In this document: in pieces, positions 39,769 through 49,216 of the stretch | How positions within the stretch are numbered: the stretch's first letter is position 1 | Layout: every line of letters starts with the position of its first letter | DNA from: Bradymonadia bacterium | Lineage (GTDB): Bacteria > Myxococcota_A > Bradymonadia > UBA7976 > UBA1532 | Assembly: GCA_046290225.1 (NCBI GenBank) | Contig: JBKAGE010000003.1 | Coordinates: 1-64,000, forward strand | Direction: 5' to 3' | DNA length: 64,000 bases | The notes under the pieces: model-generated | The model's input: only the letters and a program-made list of their open reading frames with translations | Told to the model about the DNA's origin: nothing | Databases searched by the model: none | Made by a program: the position numbers and the translations under genes

Positions 39769-40920
39769 TCAATCTTCTCTCAATGCTTGAAGATGATGCT
39801 TCGCAGGCTCCAGCAACGCCTCAACGGTGCCTGCGGCGATCTTCGACCACAACGCCACAGCGAGATCCGTCTCACCCTCCAGTTCGGCGATGAGCGCATC
39901 CCTATGCCAATACCATTCGTCCTTTTGGAACCGGGTGTTGAGTCGACTGAGTCTGGATGGGTCTCTGGACCATCCATCGATCATGGCGTCCAGCGCAGCA
40001 TCTGGCTCATCGTTCAACTCGAACACCGTGGCCAGTCCCATATAACCCCAGGGGCTCTCCGGAGCGACCTCGATGGCGTCTTCGTACAACCGGCGTGCAT
40101 CGACATATGCCCCACGGAGCATGGCCAGCTCGCCGAGGTTGGACACAAGCAGACTCTCGAGCCCATCTTCTTGAGTCGTGTACTCAAGACCCCGAGCATA
40201 TGCAGCCTCTGCCGATTCCAAATCTCCCCGCAAGTAATGAATCATGCCGAGATTGTTGTGGACGTCCGCCAGTTTCGGCGACCGCTCGAGAATCTGCAAA
40301 TAAAGGGCTTCGGCCTCATCGAACTCGTCACCGCTCAGATGCACATATGCCAGGGACAGCATCCCCTCAAGAGCGCCAGGTGCTGCCTCGATATGGGCCC
40401 GGGCACTGGCCTCGGCAGTCGTGTAGTCTCCCGCTAGGCAAGCGAGCTCGGCGTGTGTGAGTAAGGCGTTCAACCACCGCTCGCGGGCCAGCTGAGCTTT
40501 CCCGGGTGCCAGCTCTATCGACTCAGCCCAATGAGCCTTCGCAAGTCTCACAAGGGTGCCAGCAGCTTTGCTCGCCCGAGCATAATCACCCAGGTGCCCT
40601 GCCCCTTTCATCACGCGCTCAGCGTACACGAACGAATGAGGCTCCAGCTCAAGGGCCTGTGCCCATGCATTCACAGCCTGGGCGGTCTCGCCATGATGGA
40701 AACGTAGATCCCCCAACAGCTTGAGGGTCTCTGGCTCACTCTGAATCTCGAGCCAGGCACCCTCGAGTACTCGCTGAGCCTCAACTCGATCACCACTGAG
40801 CAGTGCTTTCCGAGCCGCGTCGGCCATGTGGGGCTTCGCTGACGCCGTGCCTGCGAGGGTAAGAGTCGTGAGGCAACCGAGCATCATTCGCGAGAGCTTG
40901 GACACTGTACTTCTCCGCAT
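39769..40920 (-). CDS. Secreted TPR protein
   Basis: Signal peptide (AGTASA-K) and multiple TPRs (VHNNLGMIHY, SNLGEL). Confidence 0.75.
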   Translation of the reverse strand: MRRSTVSKLSRMMLGCLTTLTLAGTASAKPHMADAARKALLSGDRVEAQRVLEGAWLEIQSEPETLKLLGDLRFHHGETAQAVNAWAQALELEPHSFVYAERVMKGAGHLGDYARASKAAGTLVRLAKAHWAESIELAPGKAQLARERWLNALLTHAELACLAGDYTTAEASARAHIEAAPGALEGMLSLAYVHLSGDEFDEAEALYLQILERSPKLADVHNNLGMIHYLRGDLESAEAAYARGLEYTTQEDGLESLLVSNLGELAMLRGAYVDARRLYEDAIEVAPESPWGYMGLATVFELNDEPDAALDAMIDGWSRDPSRLSRLNTRFQKDEWYWHRDALIAELEGETDLAVALWSKIAAGTVEALLEPAKHHLQALRED

Positions 40921-41170
40921 GGTGAGGTGGTGCCCTGCCCTACGTGCACCGCTCGGTAAGGATCTAATCCCATGGTTGGATCGAGAGTACCCCCAGTCCC
41001 GGGTTGGGGGAAACAACACACTACGGCTTTTGCCCCTTCGCGTTCAGATGAACGGATTTCCTGAACGATTTAGGCAGACTTTCCACATCAACTTGAGTGA
41101 ATTCAAGCGTTTGAGAATGGAACAGACCTTGCCAAACAGAGCGGCCTGTCAACCGTCAGGAGCTTTGCAA

Positions 41171-42733
41171 ATGTCCACTTCTTCCATCGCCATCGTCGCC
41201 TCAGCCGCACTGTTGGGCGTAGAGCCCAGGACCATCGAAGTCGAGGTCGATCTGAGCCCGGGCATGATGCTCTTCTCCACCGTGGGGCTGCCAGTCGGAG
41301 CAGTCGTCGAAGCTCGAACTCGGGTGAAGTCGGCGATGCAAAACACTGGACTCCCCTTTCCTCAAAAACGTGTCGTCGTCAATCTCGCCCCCGCTCACCT
41401 GAGGAAGGAAGGCACCACATACGATCTCCCCATCGCACTGGGCATCCTCATGGCTCAGGGAGAGATCCGAGCGGATGCCCTCGAAGGCACACTCGTCTTT
41501 GGCGAGCTTGCTCTCGATGGGCGGTTGAGAGGTGTTCGGGGTGCGCTTCCCATGGCCCTTCACGCACGTCAAAGCGGATTTCAAAGGCTCATTGCACCGA
41601 TGGAAAACGCCTCGGAGATCTCCGCCGTCACAGGCATCGCGTGCCTCGGTGCCCACACGCTCTCCGAGGTACTGGATCATCTGCGTGGCGCAGCAGCACT
41701 CGAAGTCGTCTCTCCACGCACCGTCCAACATGCGCAATTCGATGGCCAACCCGACCTGCGAGAGGTTCGAGGACAGCCCCTTGCCCGGCGAGGGCTCGAA
41801 ATTGCCGCAGCAGGGGGTCATCATCTCCTCCTCATCGGCCCACCAGGTGTGGGTAAGACCATGATCGCCCGGAGGCTCGCCTCCATCACCGCGCCCATGT
41901 CGGAGCAAGAGCGCTTGGAGTCGGCAGCAGTGGCCAGCGTCTCAGGGCATGCGGATCCTGAGTTGGCCCTTGCCGGAGTGAGGCCCTTCAGAGCCCCGCA
42001 TCACAGTGCCTCCCATGTCGCTCTCGTTGGCGGTGGTAACCCGCCGCGGCCTGGTGAAGTCGCCCTTGCTCACCATGGTGTCCTGTTTCTGGACGAAATG
42101 CCCGAATTCAGCCGAAGCGCCCTCGAAGCACTCCGACAGCCGCTCGAAGATCGCCACATCACCATCTCCAGAGCATCAGGACGCCTGCGTTGGCCTGCAC
42201 AGTTTTCTCTGCTGGCTTCGATGAATCCGTGTCCATGTGGATACCTGGGTCATCCACGACGAGCTTGCGTGGATCCGCCCCATAGAATCTCCGCCTATGC
42301 TCAGAAGATCAGTGGCCCACTCCTCGACCGCCTGGACCTTCAGGTGGCGATGGAGATCCCCGACAAGGGCGCGCTGTTCGGCTCCGAGCCTGGCGAGGCG
42401 TCTTCCATCGTCGCCGAGCGGGTCGCCGAGGCATCGAGCCGCCAGCTGCATCGATGTGACCGATTGCAGATGCCTCTCACCCGAAACGCCGATCTACGCC
42501 CCGCCAAGCTGAGTATGACCTGCACGATGAGTCCCGAGGGGGCGCGATTCTTCGAACAGGTCTTCAGCACGCTCGACCTGTCACACAGGGCTCATGATCG
42601 GGTGCTGAGAGTGGCCCGAACCATCGCTGACCTCGACGGATCCACTGATCTTGAGCCCCACCACATCGCCGAAGCCGTTCAGTTTCGACCGCTCGATCGG
42701 GATCAGGCACTCAGTGGAGGACTTCGACGATGA
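41171..42733 (+). CDS. comM: YifB/ComM Mg-chelatase-like AAA+ ATPase
   Basis: VNLAPAxLRKEG, YDLPIALG, GELALDG, GPPGVGKT, RPFRAPHH, GVLFLDE, NPCPCG; ATG follows AGGAG. Confidence 0.93.
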   Translation: MSTSSIAIVASAALLGVEPRTIEVEVDLSPGMMLFSTVGLPVGAVVEARTRVKSAMQNTGLPFPQKRVVVNLAPAHLRKEGTTYDLPIALGILMAQGEIRADALEGTLVFGELALDGRLRGVRGALPMALHARQSGFQRLIAPMENASEISAVTGIACLGAHTLSEVLDHLRGAAALEVVSPRTVQHAQFDGQPDLREVRGQPLARRGLEIAAAGGHHLLLIGPPGVGKTMIARRLASITAPMSEQERLESAAVASVSGHADPELALAGVRPFRAPHHSASHVALVGGGNPPRPGEVALAHHGVLFLDEMPEFSRSALEALRQPLEDRHITISRASGRLRWPAQFSLLASMNPCPCGYLGHPRRACVDPPHRISAYAQKISGPLLDRLDLQVAMEIPDKGALFGSEPGEASSIVAERVAEASSRQLHRCDRLQMPLTRNADLRPAKLSMTCTMSPEGARFFEQVFSTLDLSHRAHDRVLRVARTIADLDGSTDLEPHHIAEAVQFRPLDRDQALSGGLRR

Positions 42734-43185
42734 ACTGGGCAGCTCACATGTGGTGGCTCTCTGCGTTTGTTCTGATGTGTCTGCCCATGATGAGAAGCCG
42801 GCGCCAGGCTCGGTCGACACCACCTGCGTGGTCCGCAGACATCATCCTTGAGCTCGATCCCGAGTGCTTGCCTCAACCGGCTGTCTGGCTGAGAGGGCCG
42901 GGATCCCCTGATTTCTCATCAACAGCAACGGACACGCTCTGGATGATGTTCGCGCAGGCAGACCAGGGGCCAGAGATGCTCTCCGCCCTGACGCGCCACC
43001 CATGCTTCGCCAGTATCTGTGTCGACAGCGAGTGTTTGTACTCAGCTCGATTGCCCAGTTGGCGACGAGCCTTCGCCCTCGCCGCTGGTGCGTCCACACA
43101 GGTGGTCATCCGGCTGTCGGATCCGTGGGATTTGGGCACTGTGCGATCAGTGTGCCCCACAGCGCACTTTCATGCCTCAGGTTGA
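42730..43185 (+). CDS. Hypothetical small membrane-anchored protein
   Basis: ATGA overlap with the comM stop; hydrophobic N-terminus; no family recognised. Confidence 0.4.
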   Translation: MNWAAHMWWLSAFVLMCLPMMRSRRQARSTPPAWSADIILELDPECLPQPAVWLRGPGSPDFSSTATDTLWMMFAQADQGPEMLSALTRHPCFASICVDSECLYSARLPSWRRAFALAAGASTQVVIRLSDPWDLGTVRSVCPTAHFHASG

Positions 43186-43979
43186 CACTGAGGGCACCAG
43201 AAGGTGGAGCGTCCACCCTGGGTCATACGGAGCAGAGTCGAAGTACACCGCCGGCATTGCTCCCCTTCACGTCCGTAAACAGCGAAAGGGTTCTCTGCGC
43301 CTTCGTGTATGTAGGTGACCTCAGGGCTCATATCACGTTCGAGTGTGGCGGACATACACTCTGCGACATGATTCGAAAGCTGATCACAATCCTCGATCGA
43401 GAGAGCGCTGGCCCGCTTGCTCGGGTGGATGCCTGCATACCAGAGCCCCTCACAGGCGTAGATATTGCCAATGCCTGCGATGAGGTGTTGGTCGAGCAAT
43501 GCAACCTTCACCGCCCTGCGAGTTTTTTGAAGCGCGGAGTAGAGCACACCTGACTGGTGGCCACTCTCCAAGGCGTCAGGGCCCAGCGCATCCACCGCAG
43601 TCTCGAGGCCTCTGGCATCCACGACAGAGAAACGCCCGATGCGCCGCGGATCGGCGAACAAGACCTCAGTACCGTCATCCAAAGTGAGGGCGACACGCCA
43701 TCCCTTGCGACGCGGCTCCCCGGCCTTCGATTGCACGTACTTTCCCGTCATCCCCAAGTGGGTGAGGACGACACGGCCGTCGTCGAGGGGCAGCCACATC
43801 TGCTTGCCCCGGCGGCATACGTCATCCACTGTGCGACCCGAGAGCGCTGCTCGCACCTCCGCCGCCGCGATCCCTCTCAGAGGAATACCATCCAAGGCAT
43901 CGACGGCCTTGATACGACGGCCCACGAGCCAGCGCCTCAGGTTACGGGCACAGATCTCGACTTCCGGCAGCTCGGGCAT
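43170..43979 (-). CDS. mutM: Formamidopyrimidine-DNA glycosylase
   Basis: MPELPEVE, RRGK, HLGMTG, GIGNIY, C-terminal zinc finger CRRC...CPQCQ. Confidence 0.95.
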   Translation of the reverse strand: MPELPEVEICARNLRRWLVGRRIKAVDALDGIPLRGIAAAEVRAALSGRTVDDVCRRGKQMWLPLDDGRVVLTHLGMTGKYVQSKAGEPRRKGWRVALTLDDGTEVLFADPRRIGRFSVVDARGLETAVDALGPDALESGHQSGVLYSALQKTRRAVKVALLDQHLIAGIGNIYACEGLWYAGIHPSKRASALSIEDCDQLSNHVAECMSATLERDMSPEVTYIHEGAENPFAVYGREGEQCRRCTSTLLRMTQGGRSTFWCPQCQPEA

Positions 43980-43986
43980 CGGGAGG

Positions 43987-45330
43987 CTATTCTTCGTCTG
44001 GCGAGGAGCGACGCTCACGTTGGCGGAAGATCAACCGGATCGGCGTACCGTGTACCGGAAAGCTCTCTCGGAACTGGTTGATCAAAAAGCGCTGGTAGCT
44101 GAAGTGCACGCCGGTGGGATCATTGCACTGCACCACAACCGTAGGGGGCGCGTTCCGCGCCTGAGTCGCGTAGTAGAGCTTGATCTGGCGGTTCTTCACC
44201 ACTGGAGGGCTATGCTTATGGACAGCCTTCTCGAGCCAGCGGTTCAGCTGGCCCGTGGTCACCCGGAACAGGTGTGCCTCGCGGGCTTTGTCCACCATGG
44301 CCATCAGCTTGTGCACGCGCTGACCAGTGAGGCTCGACATGAAGAGGTGGTCTGCGTAGTTGATGAAGGGCAGGCGACGCTCAATCTCGTCGATGAACGT
44401 GTAGATCGTCTTGTCGTCCTTCTCGATGGCGTCCCACTTGTTCACCGCGAGGATGAGGGCGCGCCCCTTCTCGTGCACGTACCCCAGGATCCGAGCATCC
44501 TGCTCAGTGACCCCTTCAGTGGCGTCGAGCAGATGAACGGCCACGTGACACCGATCGATGGCCCGGAGGGTCCGCATGACGCTGAAGCCCTCGATGCTGC
44601 CCTTGGCGATCCCACGCTTGCGGCGAAGCCCTGCAGTGTCGACGAGCAAGTAGTCGGTTTCCCCCACAGTGAGTGGCGCGTCGATGGCATCTCGGGTGGT
44701 GCCCGGCATGTTGGCGGTGATCATGCGATCTTCGCCCAGCAAGCGGTTCACCAGAGTGGACTTACCAACGTTCGGGCGACCGACGATGGCCACCCGAGTG
44801 ACCCGCTCGTCCTCTTCAGCTTCGTCAGGTGCAGGGGGCTCGAACTGCTCGATCACGGCGTCGAGCAAATCGCCGATGCCCTGGCCATGCTCCGCAGAGA
44901 TGGGCACCAGGAACTCGGCGCCGAGCTCATAGAACTCCATGGCCTGGTCGCGGTACTTGCTGTTCTCCGTCTTGTTCACCGCGTAGACCACTCGCTCGTG
45001 GTGACACCTGAGAATGTGCGCGACTTCGCGATCCGCGGGCACCAGCCCTGACTGGGCATCGACCGTGAAGACCACGACGTCTGCCTGCTCCACAGCAGCC
45101 ATGGCCTGATGGCGCATCATGGCCAGCACGCCTTCTTCAGCCTTGGGCTCGAAGCCCCCCGTGTCCACGACGGTGAAGTGGCGGCCAAGCCACTCGCAGT
45201 CACCGTAATTGCGATCTCGGGTCACGCCAGGGGTGTCGAGGACGATGGCTCGGCGCTCACCGATGAGACGATTGAACAAAGTCGACTTGCCCACATTGGG
45301 GCGGCCGACGATGGCGACGATGGGTTTCAT
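43987..45330 (-). CDS. der: Ribosome biogenesis GTPase Der (EngA)
   Basis: Two GRPNVGKST G-domains (DTGG, DTAG) and a KH-like C-terminus (GTPIRL). Confidence 0.96.
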   Translation of the reverse strand: MKPIVAIVGRPNVGKSTLFNRLIGERRAIVLDTPGVTRDRNYGDCEWLGRHFTVVDTGGFEPKAEEGVLAMMRHQAMAAVEQADVVVFTVDAQSGLVPADREVAHILRCHHERVVYAVNKTENSKYRDQAMEFYELGAEFLVPISAEHGQGIGDLLDAVIEQFEPPAPDEAEEDERVTRVAIVGRPNVGKSTLVNRLLGEDRMITANMPGTTRDAIDAPLTVGETDYLLVDTAGLRRKRGIAKGSIEGFSVMRTLRAIDRCHVAVHLLDATEGVTEQDARILGYVHEKGRALILAVNKWDAIEKDDKTIYTFIDEIERRLPFINYADHLFMSSLTGQRVHKLMAMVDKAREAHLFRVTTGQLNRWLEKAVHKHSPPVVKNRQIKLYYATQARNAPPTVVVQCNDPTGVHFSYQRFLINQFRESFPVHGTPIRLIFRQRERRSSPDEE

Positions 45331-45343
45331 GATCTGCTCCCCC

Positions 45344-46249
45344 TCACTCGTAACCGAGCTTGCGCATGCTTGAGGCATTTCGGGTCCAGCCCTTCTCTAC
45401 CCGCGCGAAGAGCTTGAGATGCACGCGCGTGCCCAGCAAGCGCTCGATGTCGCGTCGGGCACGGGTGCCGATCTCTTTGATCATCTGGCCACCACGACCG
45501 ATCACGATGGACTTCTGCGAGTCGCGCTCCACGTGAATGACCGCCTGGATCTCGGTGAGATTGTCGTCGCTGCGGTCCTGCCAGGTCTCGATGGTGACGG
45601 CCGTGGCGTAGGGCACCTCTCGCTCGAGCAGCTGGAACAGCTTCTCGCGGACGATCTCGGCGACGATGAAGCGCTCGGGCAGATCGGTGAGGGCGTCCTC
45701 CGGGTACAGGGCCGGGCTCTCCGGCATCTGCTGCGCCAGGGACTCCACGAGGATCTCCACCCCGTCGCCCTTCAGGGCAGAGATGGGCACGATCTCGGTG
45801 AACGGATACGCATCCCTCACCTGATCGATCATGGGCAGGAGCAGCATCTTGTCGATGCGATCGATCTTGTTGAGCACCAGGAACACTGGCTTGTTCACCT
45901 CGGCGAGGCGCTCGAGCACCTTGGCCTCGACTTCACCGATGAGACCCTCCTCGGCCACCTTGGCTTTCACCTCGATGAGCAGGGCGATGACGTCGACGTC
46001 GGCGATGGAGTTGTGCGCGATGTCCACCATATAGGTGTTGAGTGCACGCTCGGCGTGGTGGATCCCTGGCGTATCGATGAAGATCATCTGATCCGCCTCG
46101 CGGGTGAGCACGCCGGGGATGCGGTTACGGGTGGTCTGAGGACGATGGGAGGTGATCGCCACCTTCTCGCCGAGGATCCGATTGAGCAGGGTACTCTTCC
46201 CTGCGTTGGGTCGGCCGAGCAGTGTGACAAAGCCGCATTTGAACGACAT
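45344..46249 (-). CDS. era: GTPase Era
   Basis: GRPNAGKST, PQTTR, DTPG, NKID, KH domain (IVIGRGG). Confidence 0.96.
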   Translation of the reverse strand: MSFKCGFVTLLGRPNAGKSTLLNRILGEKVAITSHRPQTTRNRIPGVLTREADQMIFIDTPGIHHAERALNTYMVDIAHNSIADVDVIALLIEVKAKVAEEGLIGEVEAKVLERLAEVNKPVFLVLNKIDRIDKMLLLPMIDQVRDAYPFTEIVPISALKGDGVEILVESLAQQMPESPALYPEDALTDLPERFIVAEIVREKLFQLLEREVPYATAVTIETWQDRSDDNLTEIQAVIHVERDSQKSIVIGRGGQMIKEIGTRARRDIERLLGTRVHLKLFARVEKGWTRNASSMRKLGYE

Positions 46250-46345
46250 GAGGGGGCTCCTCTGAGCACGTGGGCGGGGGACTATACACCAAGTTGAGAT
46301 TGCATCCTCCCCCCCTCATGTGAATTGGGGTATGTTCTCCTCCAG

Positions 46346-48238
46346 ATGAGCACCACCCGACACCCACCTGCAGACGACGACACCGCGACAATCTCTGTGG
46401 CGGAGCACCGCGCCGAGGCGCCCCCAGAAGCCTGGGTCGGCCCCAGCGAGAGGCCCGCGGAGCGTGTGGCCGAGCTCGAAGGCGCCGTGCAGGCCCACGA
46501 GCGACGCCTCGAAGGTCTGGTCACCATCGCCAGTAATCTCGGCGTCAGCCGGGATCCGGCCCGGGCGATGCGGGCCATCGTGGCGAAGATCTCCGAGTTG
46601 CTCGAAGCGGATCGCACGACGATCTACGAGTTGAGGCCTGAAGAAAACATGCTGTGGGGCCTCGCTGTTCAGGGCGAGATGTCCACTCAGGTGGGCGTGC
46701 CCGTGGGTCAGGGGGTCGCGGGGCTCGTCGCCGCTCGGGGTCGGCCCATCAACCTCAAGGATGCGTATCTGCATCCAGCCTTCGATCCGAAGTTCGACAA
46801 GCTCACCGGCTATCGCACCCGATCGATGTTGTGCGTACCCATGCGCAACTCCCGAAAGCAGGTCATCGGGGTGGTGCAGGTCCTCAACAAGCAACAGGGC
46901 TACTTCACCGTCGAAGACGAGCGGCTGCTCATGGCCCTCGCCAACCAGGCAGCCATCACCCTCGAAGCGCTGCGGCTTCAGGTGAGGCTCAATATGAGCA
47001 ACGCCGAGCTGAAGAGCCTCTCGGAAGATCTGCAACAACGTGTAAGAGAGCAGGACCTGCTGCTCGACGTAGAACGGGCCTACCGTGGCACTGAAGACCC
47101 GGAAGTCTTCGCACGGCAGATCCTCGCGCAGCTTGCGGTGGTGGCTCGCGCTCAGGCGGCGGCGATGTTCGTCCCTGAGGAGAACGGCTTTGGCCCCGTC
47201 TACATCGCCGAGGGTGGGCAGTTCAGCATCCTGCCTCGCGTAGAAATCGGTGAGGGCGTGCTCGGTAAGACCGCCAGTCGAGGCAAGCGGTTGATCCTGG
47301 GTGTGGCAGAGTCATCCCCCGAGGACGACATTCCCCTCACCCTCGGCGAGGGCTGCCCGCTCGAGCTTCGGGATGTGATGACTGCCCCCCTCAGTCACGC
47401 TGAGCGCATCCTCGGCTCGGTGGCTCTGATCAATCGTCAGAAGGCACACCGCCGTGATCTCGCTGCGGATCAACAACTGATGATGCTCGTGGGATCCGCC
47501 CTATCCCAGGGGGTGGCCGACATGGTGACCCGGCGAGAAGCAAAGACGCGCGATCGGCTGATGACCATCGGCCAGATGCTCGGAGGCGTGCTCCACGATC
47601 TCAAGGGCCCCATGGCCGTGATCAGCGGCTACACCCAGTTCATGGCCGATCAGGAAGATCCCGAGACGCGTCATGAGATGGCCGACACCATTCGTCGCCA
47701 GATCGCCCAGTTCAACGATATGACCCGAGAGGTCATGGCCTTTGTGCGAGGAGAGCGCACAGTCTTCGCCCGCCCGGTGGACATTCGCCGGTTCCTCAAG
47801 CGGGTGCGGGAGTCTCTTGAGCCCGAGTTCACGGGCCGAGGTGTCGATCTCGAGATCGATGATCAATCATCGGTGAGTGGCTGGTTCGACGAGCCCAAGA
47901 TCATGCGGGTGATCACCAACATCGCCCGAAACGCCCGGCAGGCCATGGGCAGCGATGGCACGTTCACCCTCTCGGTGGCCGACGCTGACGACGGCGGCTT
48001 GAGGTTCGCCCTGAGCGACAATGGCCCAGGTATCCCCGAGCATTTGCGAGATCGTCTGTTCGAGCTGTTCACGACATCGGGTAAAAAAGGCGGGACAGGT
48101 CTGGGCCTCGCCATCGTCAAGCGGATCACCGAAGATCACGGCGGTACAGTGAACTTCACCACCGAGACCGGCCGGGGCACCACCTTCGAGGTGTATTTGC
48201 CCCCTCAGGGCACAGATGCAGAGCAGACCGAGACTTGA
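46346..48238 (+). CDS. Cytoplasmic GAF-GAF sensor histidine kinase
   Basis: GAF with DKLTGYRTRSMLCVP...QVLNK, a second GAF, H-box LHDLKGPM, N/G1/G2 boxes (NIARNA, DNGPGIP, GTGLGL). Confidence 0.92.
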   Translation: MSTTRHPPADDDTATISVAEHRAEAPPEAWVGPSERPAERVAELEGAVQAHERRLEGLVTIASNLGVSRDPARAMRAIVAKISELLEADRTTIYELRPEENMLWGLAVQGEMSTQVGVPVGQGVAGLVAARGRPINLKDAYLHPAFDPKFDKLTGYRTRSMLCVPMRNSRKQVIGVVQVLNKQQGYFTVEDERLLMALANQAAITLEALRLQVRLNMSNAELKSLSEDLQQRVREQDLLLDVERAYRGTEDPEVFARQILAQLAVVARAQAAAMFVPEENGFGPVYIAEGGQFSILPRVEIGEGVLGKTASRGKRLILGVAESSPEDDIPLTLGEGCPLELRDVMTAPLSHAERILGSVALINRQKAHRRDLAADQQLMMLVGSALSQGVADMVTRREAKTRDRLMTIGQMLGGVLHDLKGPMAVISGYTQFMADQEDPETRHEMADTIRRQIAQFNDMTREVMAFVRGERTVFARPVDIRRFLKRVRESLEPEFTGRGVDLEIDDQSSVSGWFDEPKIMRVITNIARNARQAMGSDGTFTLSVADADDGGLRFALSDNGPGIPEHLRDRLFELFTTSGKKGGTGLGLAIVKRITEDHGGTVNFTTETGRGTTFEVYLPPQGTDAEQTET

Positions 48239-49184
48239 TCGCCAACTTCTCTTGAGAGCGCTGTCCCTGGCATGCCTCAGTGCTGCTGCGCTCATGGCCT
48301 GTGGCGAAGAGCCTGCCCGACAACGCTCAGCCACGACTCAGGAGGACGCCGCAGCACCTGCTTCAGGGCCAGATGCACAGGTCAAGGCCCCTGCCCTGTC
48401 TTCGCCCCCTTTGGATGGTGTGCCGCCTCCTGTGGAGGTGAAGCCGCCCGTCTTGAGCCCCGAAGCCCAGCTCGAAGCGCTTAAAAAAGCGAAGTCAGAG
48501 CTCAACGAGGGCCGCACCCGAGCGGCATATCGTATCTTCAAGTCTGCGATGAATGGCCCCGATCTGGGCATCAAGCTCTCCGCCGGCCTTGCCGCCGCAG
48601 AGCTCGCCGAGCTCGAAGGTGAAGTCAAAGAGGCTCAAGCCCTGTACGAGCGCTTGATCAACCTCGGCTCGGAGGTGGCCGAGGTCCATCTGCTCGCCGG
48701 CCGCTTCTTTCATCGGACTGGAGACTCCGCACGAGGGATCGACGCTTTGAGAGCCGCCACCAACCTGCAGCCCGATTTGTTGCCTGCCTGGCTATCGCTG
48801 GGCCAGGTGCTCATCGAGCGTGGTCGCCACGATGAAGGCGCCACAGCGCTGGTGCAGTACGAACGCCGCCTGAATGCTCTGAGTCGACAGCTCGAAGATG
48901 AGCAGGTGCCCCTCGGTGATCGGCTGGCCATCGTACAGCTCCTGGGCACGCTCAATGACGAGCGCTCCACCGCACTGCTCATCAAACTGCTCAAGCATCA
49001 CGGGCCGCTGATCCGCGCCTCCGCCGGTGAGGCTCTGGCTCAGGATGATGATCCCGAGGCGTTGGTGGCCCTCTCCGAGGCCGCCCTGCAAGAGCGAGAT
49101 CCCGAGGTCAAGCGGGCCCTCACCGGAGCAATGCTTCAGGCCCGTGAAGCGGTGCGTCGCTCACTCAAGCCTGAAGCCCCCTGA
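48216..49184 (+). CDS. TPR + HEAT-repeat lipoprotein
   Basis: Lipobox LMAC, Pro-rich linker, TPRs, HEAT-like IRASAGEAL...ERDPEVKRA. Confidence 0.75.
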   Translation: MQSRPRLDRQLLLRALSLACLSAAALMACGEEPARQRSATTQEDAAAPASGPDAQVKAPALSSPPLDGVPPPVEVKPPVLSPEAQLEALKKAKSELNEGRTRAAYRIFKSAMNGPDLGIKLSAGLAAAELAELEGEVKEAQALYERLINLGSEVAEVHLLAGRFFHRTGDSARGIDALRAATNLQPDLLPAWLSLGQVLIERGRHDEGATALVQYERRLNALSRQLEDEQVPLGDRLAIVQLLGTLNDERSTALLIKLLKHHGPLIRASAGEALAQDDDPEALVALSEAALQERDPEVKRALTGAMLQAREAVRRSLKPEAP

Positions 49185-49216
49185 CAACATCTTTGACCTG
49201 GTAACCCAAAGGAGCG

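Noticed and set aside
40826..41170. Long N-terminal extension of ComM in the ORF track (also sspB, DUF4388, ACP, zapA, der, mutM, sucA)
   Set aside because: The extensions overlap neighbouring genes or promoters and lack family features; downstream starts with an RBS or coupling fit the family N-termini better.
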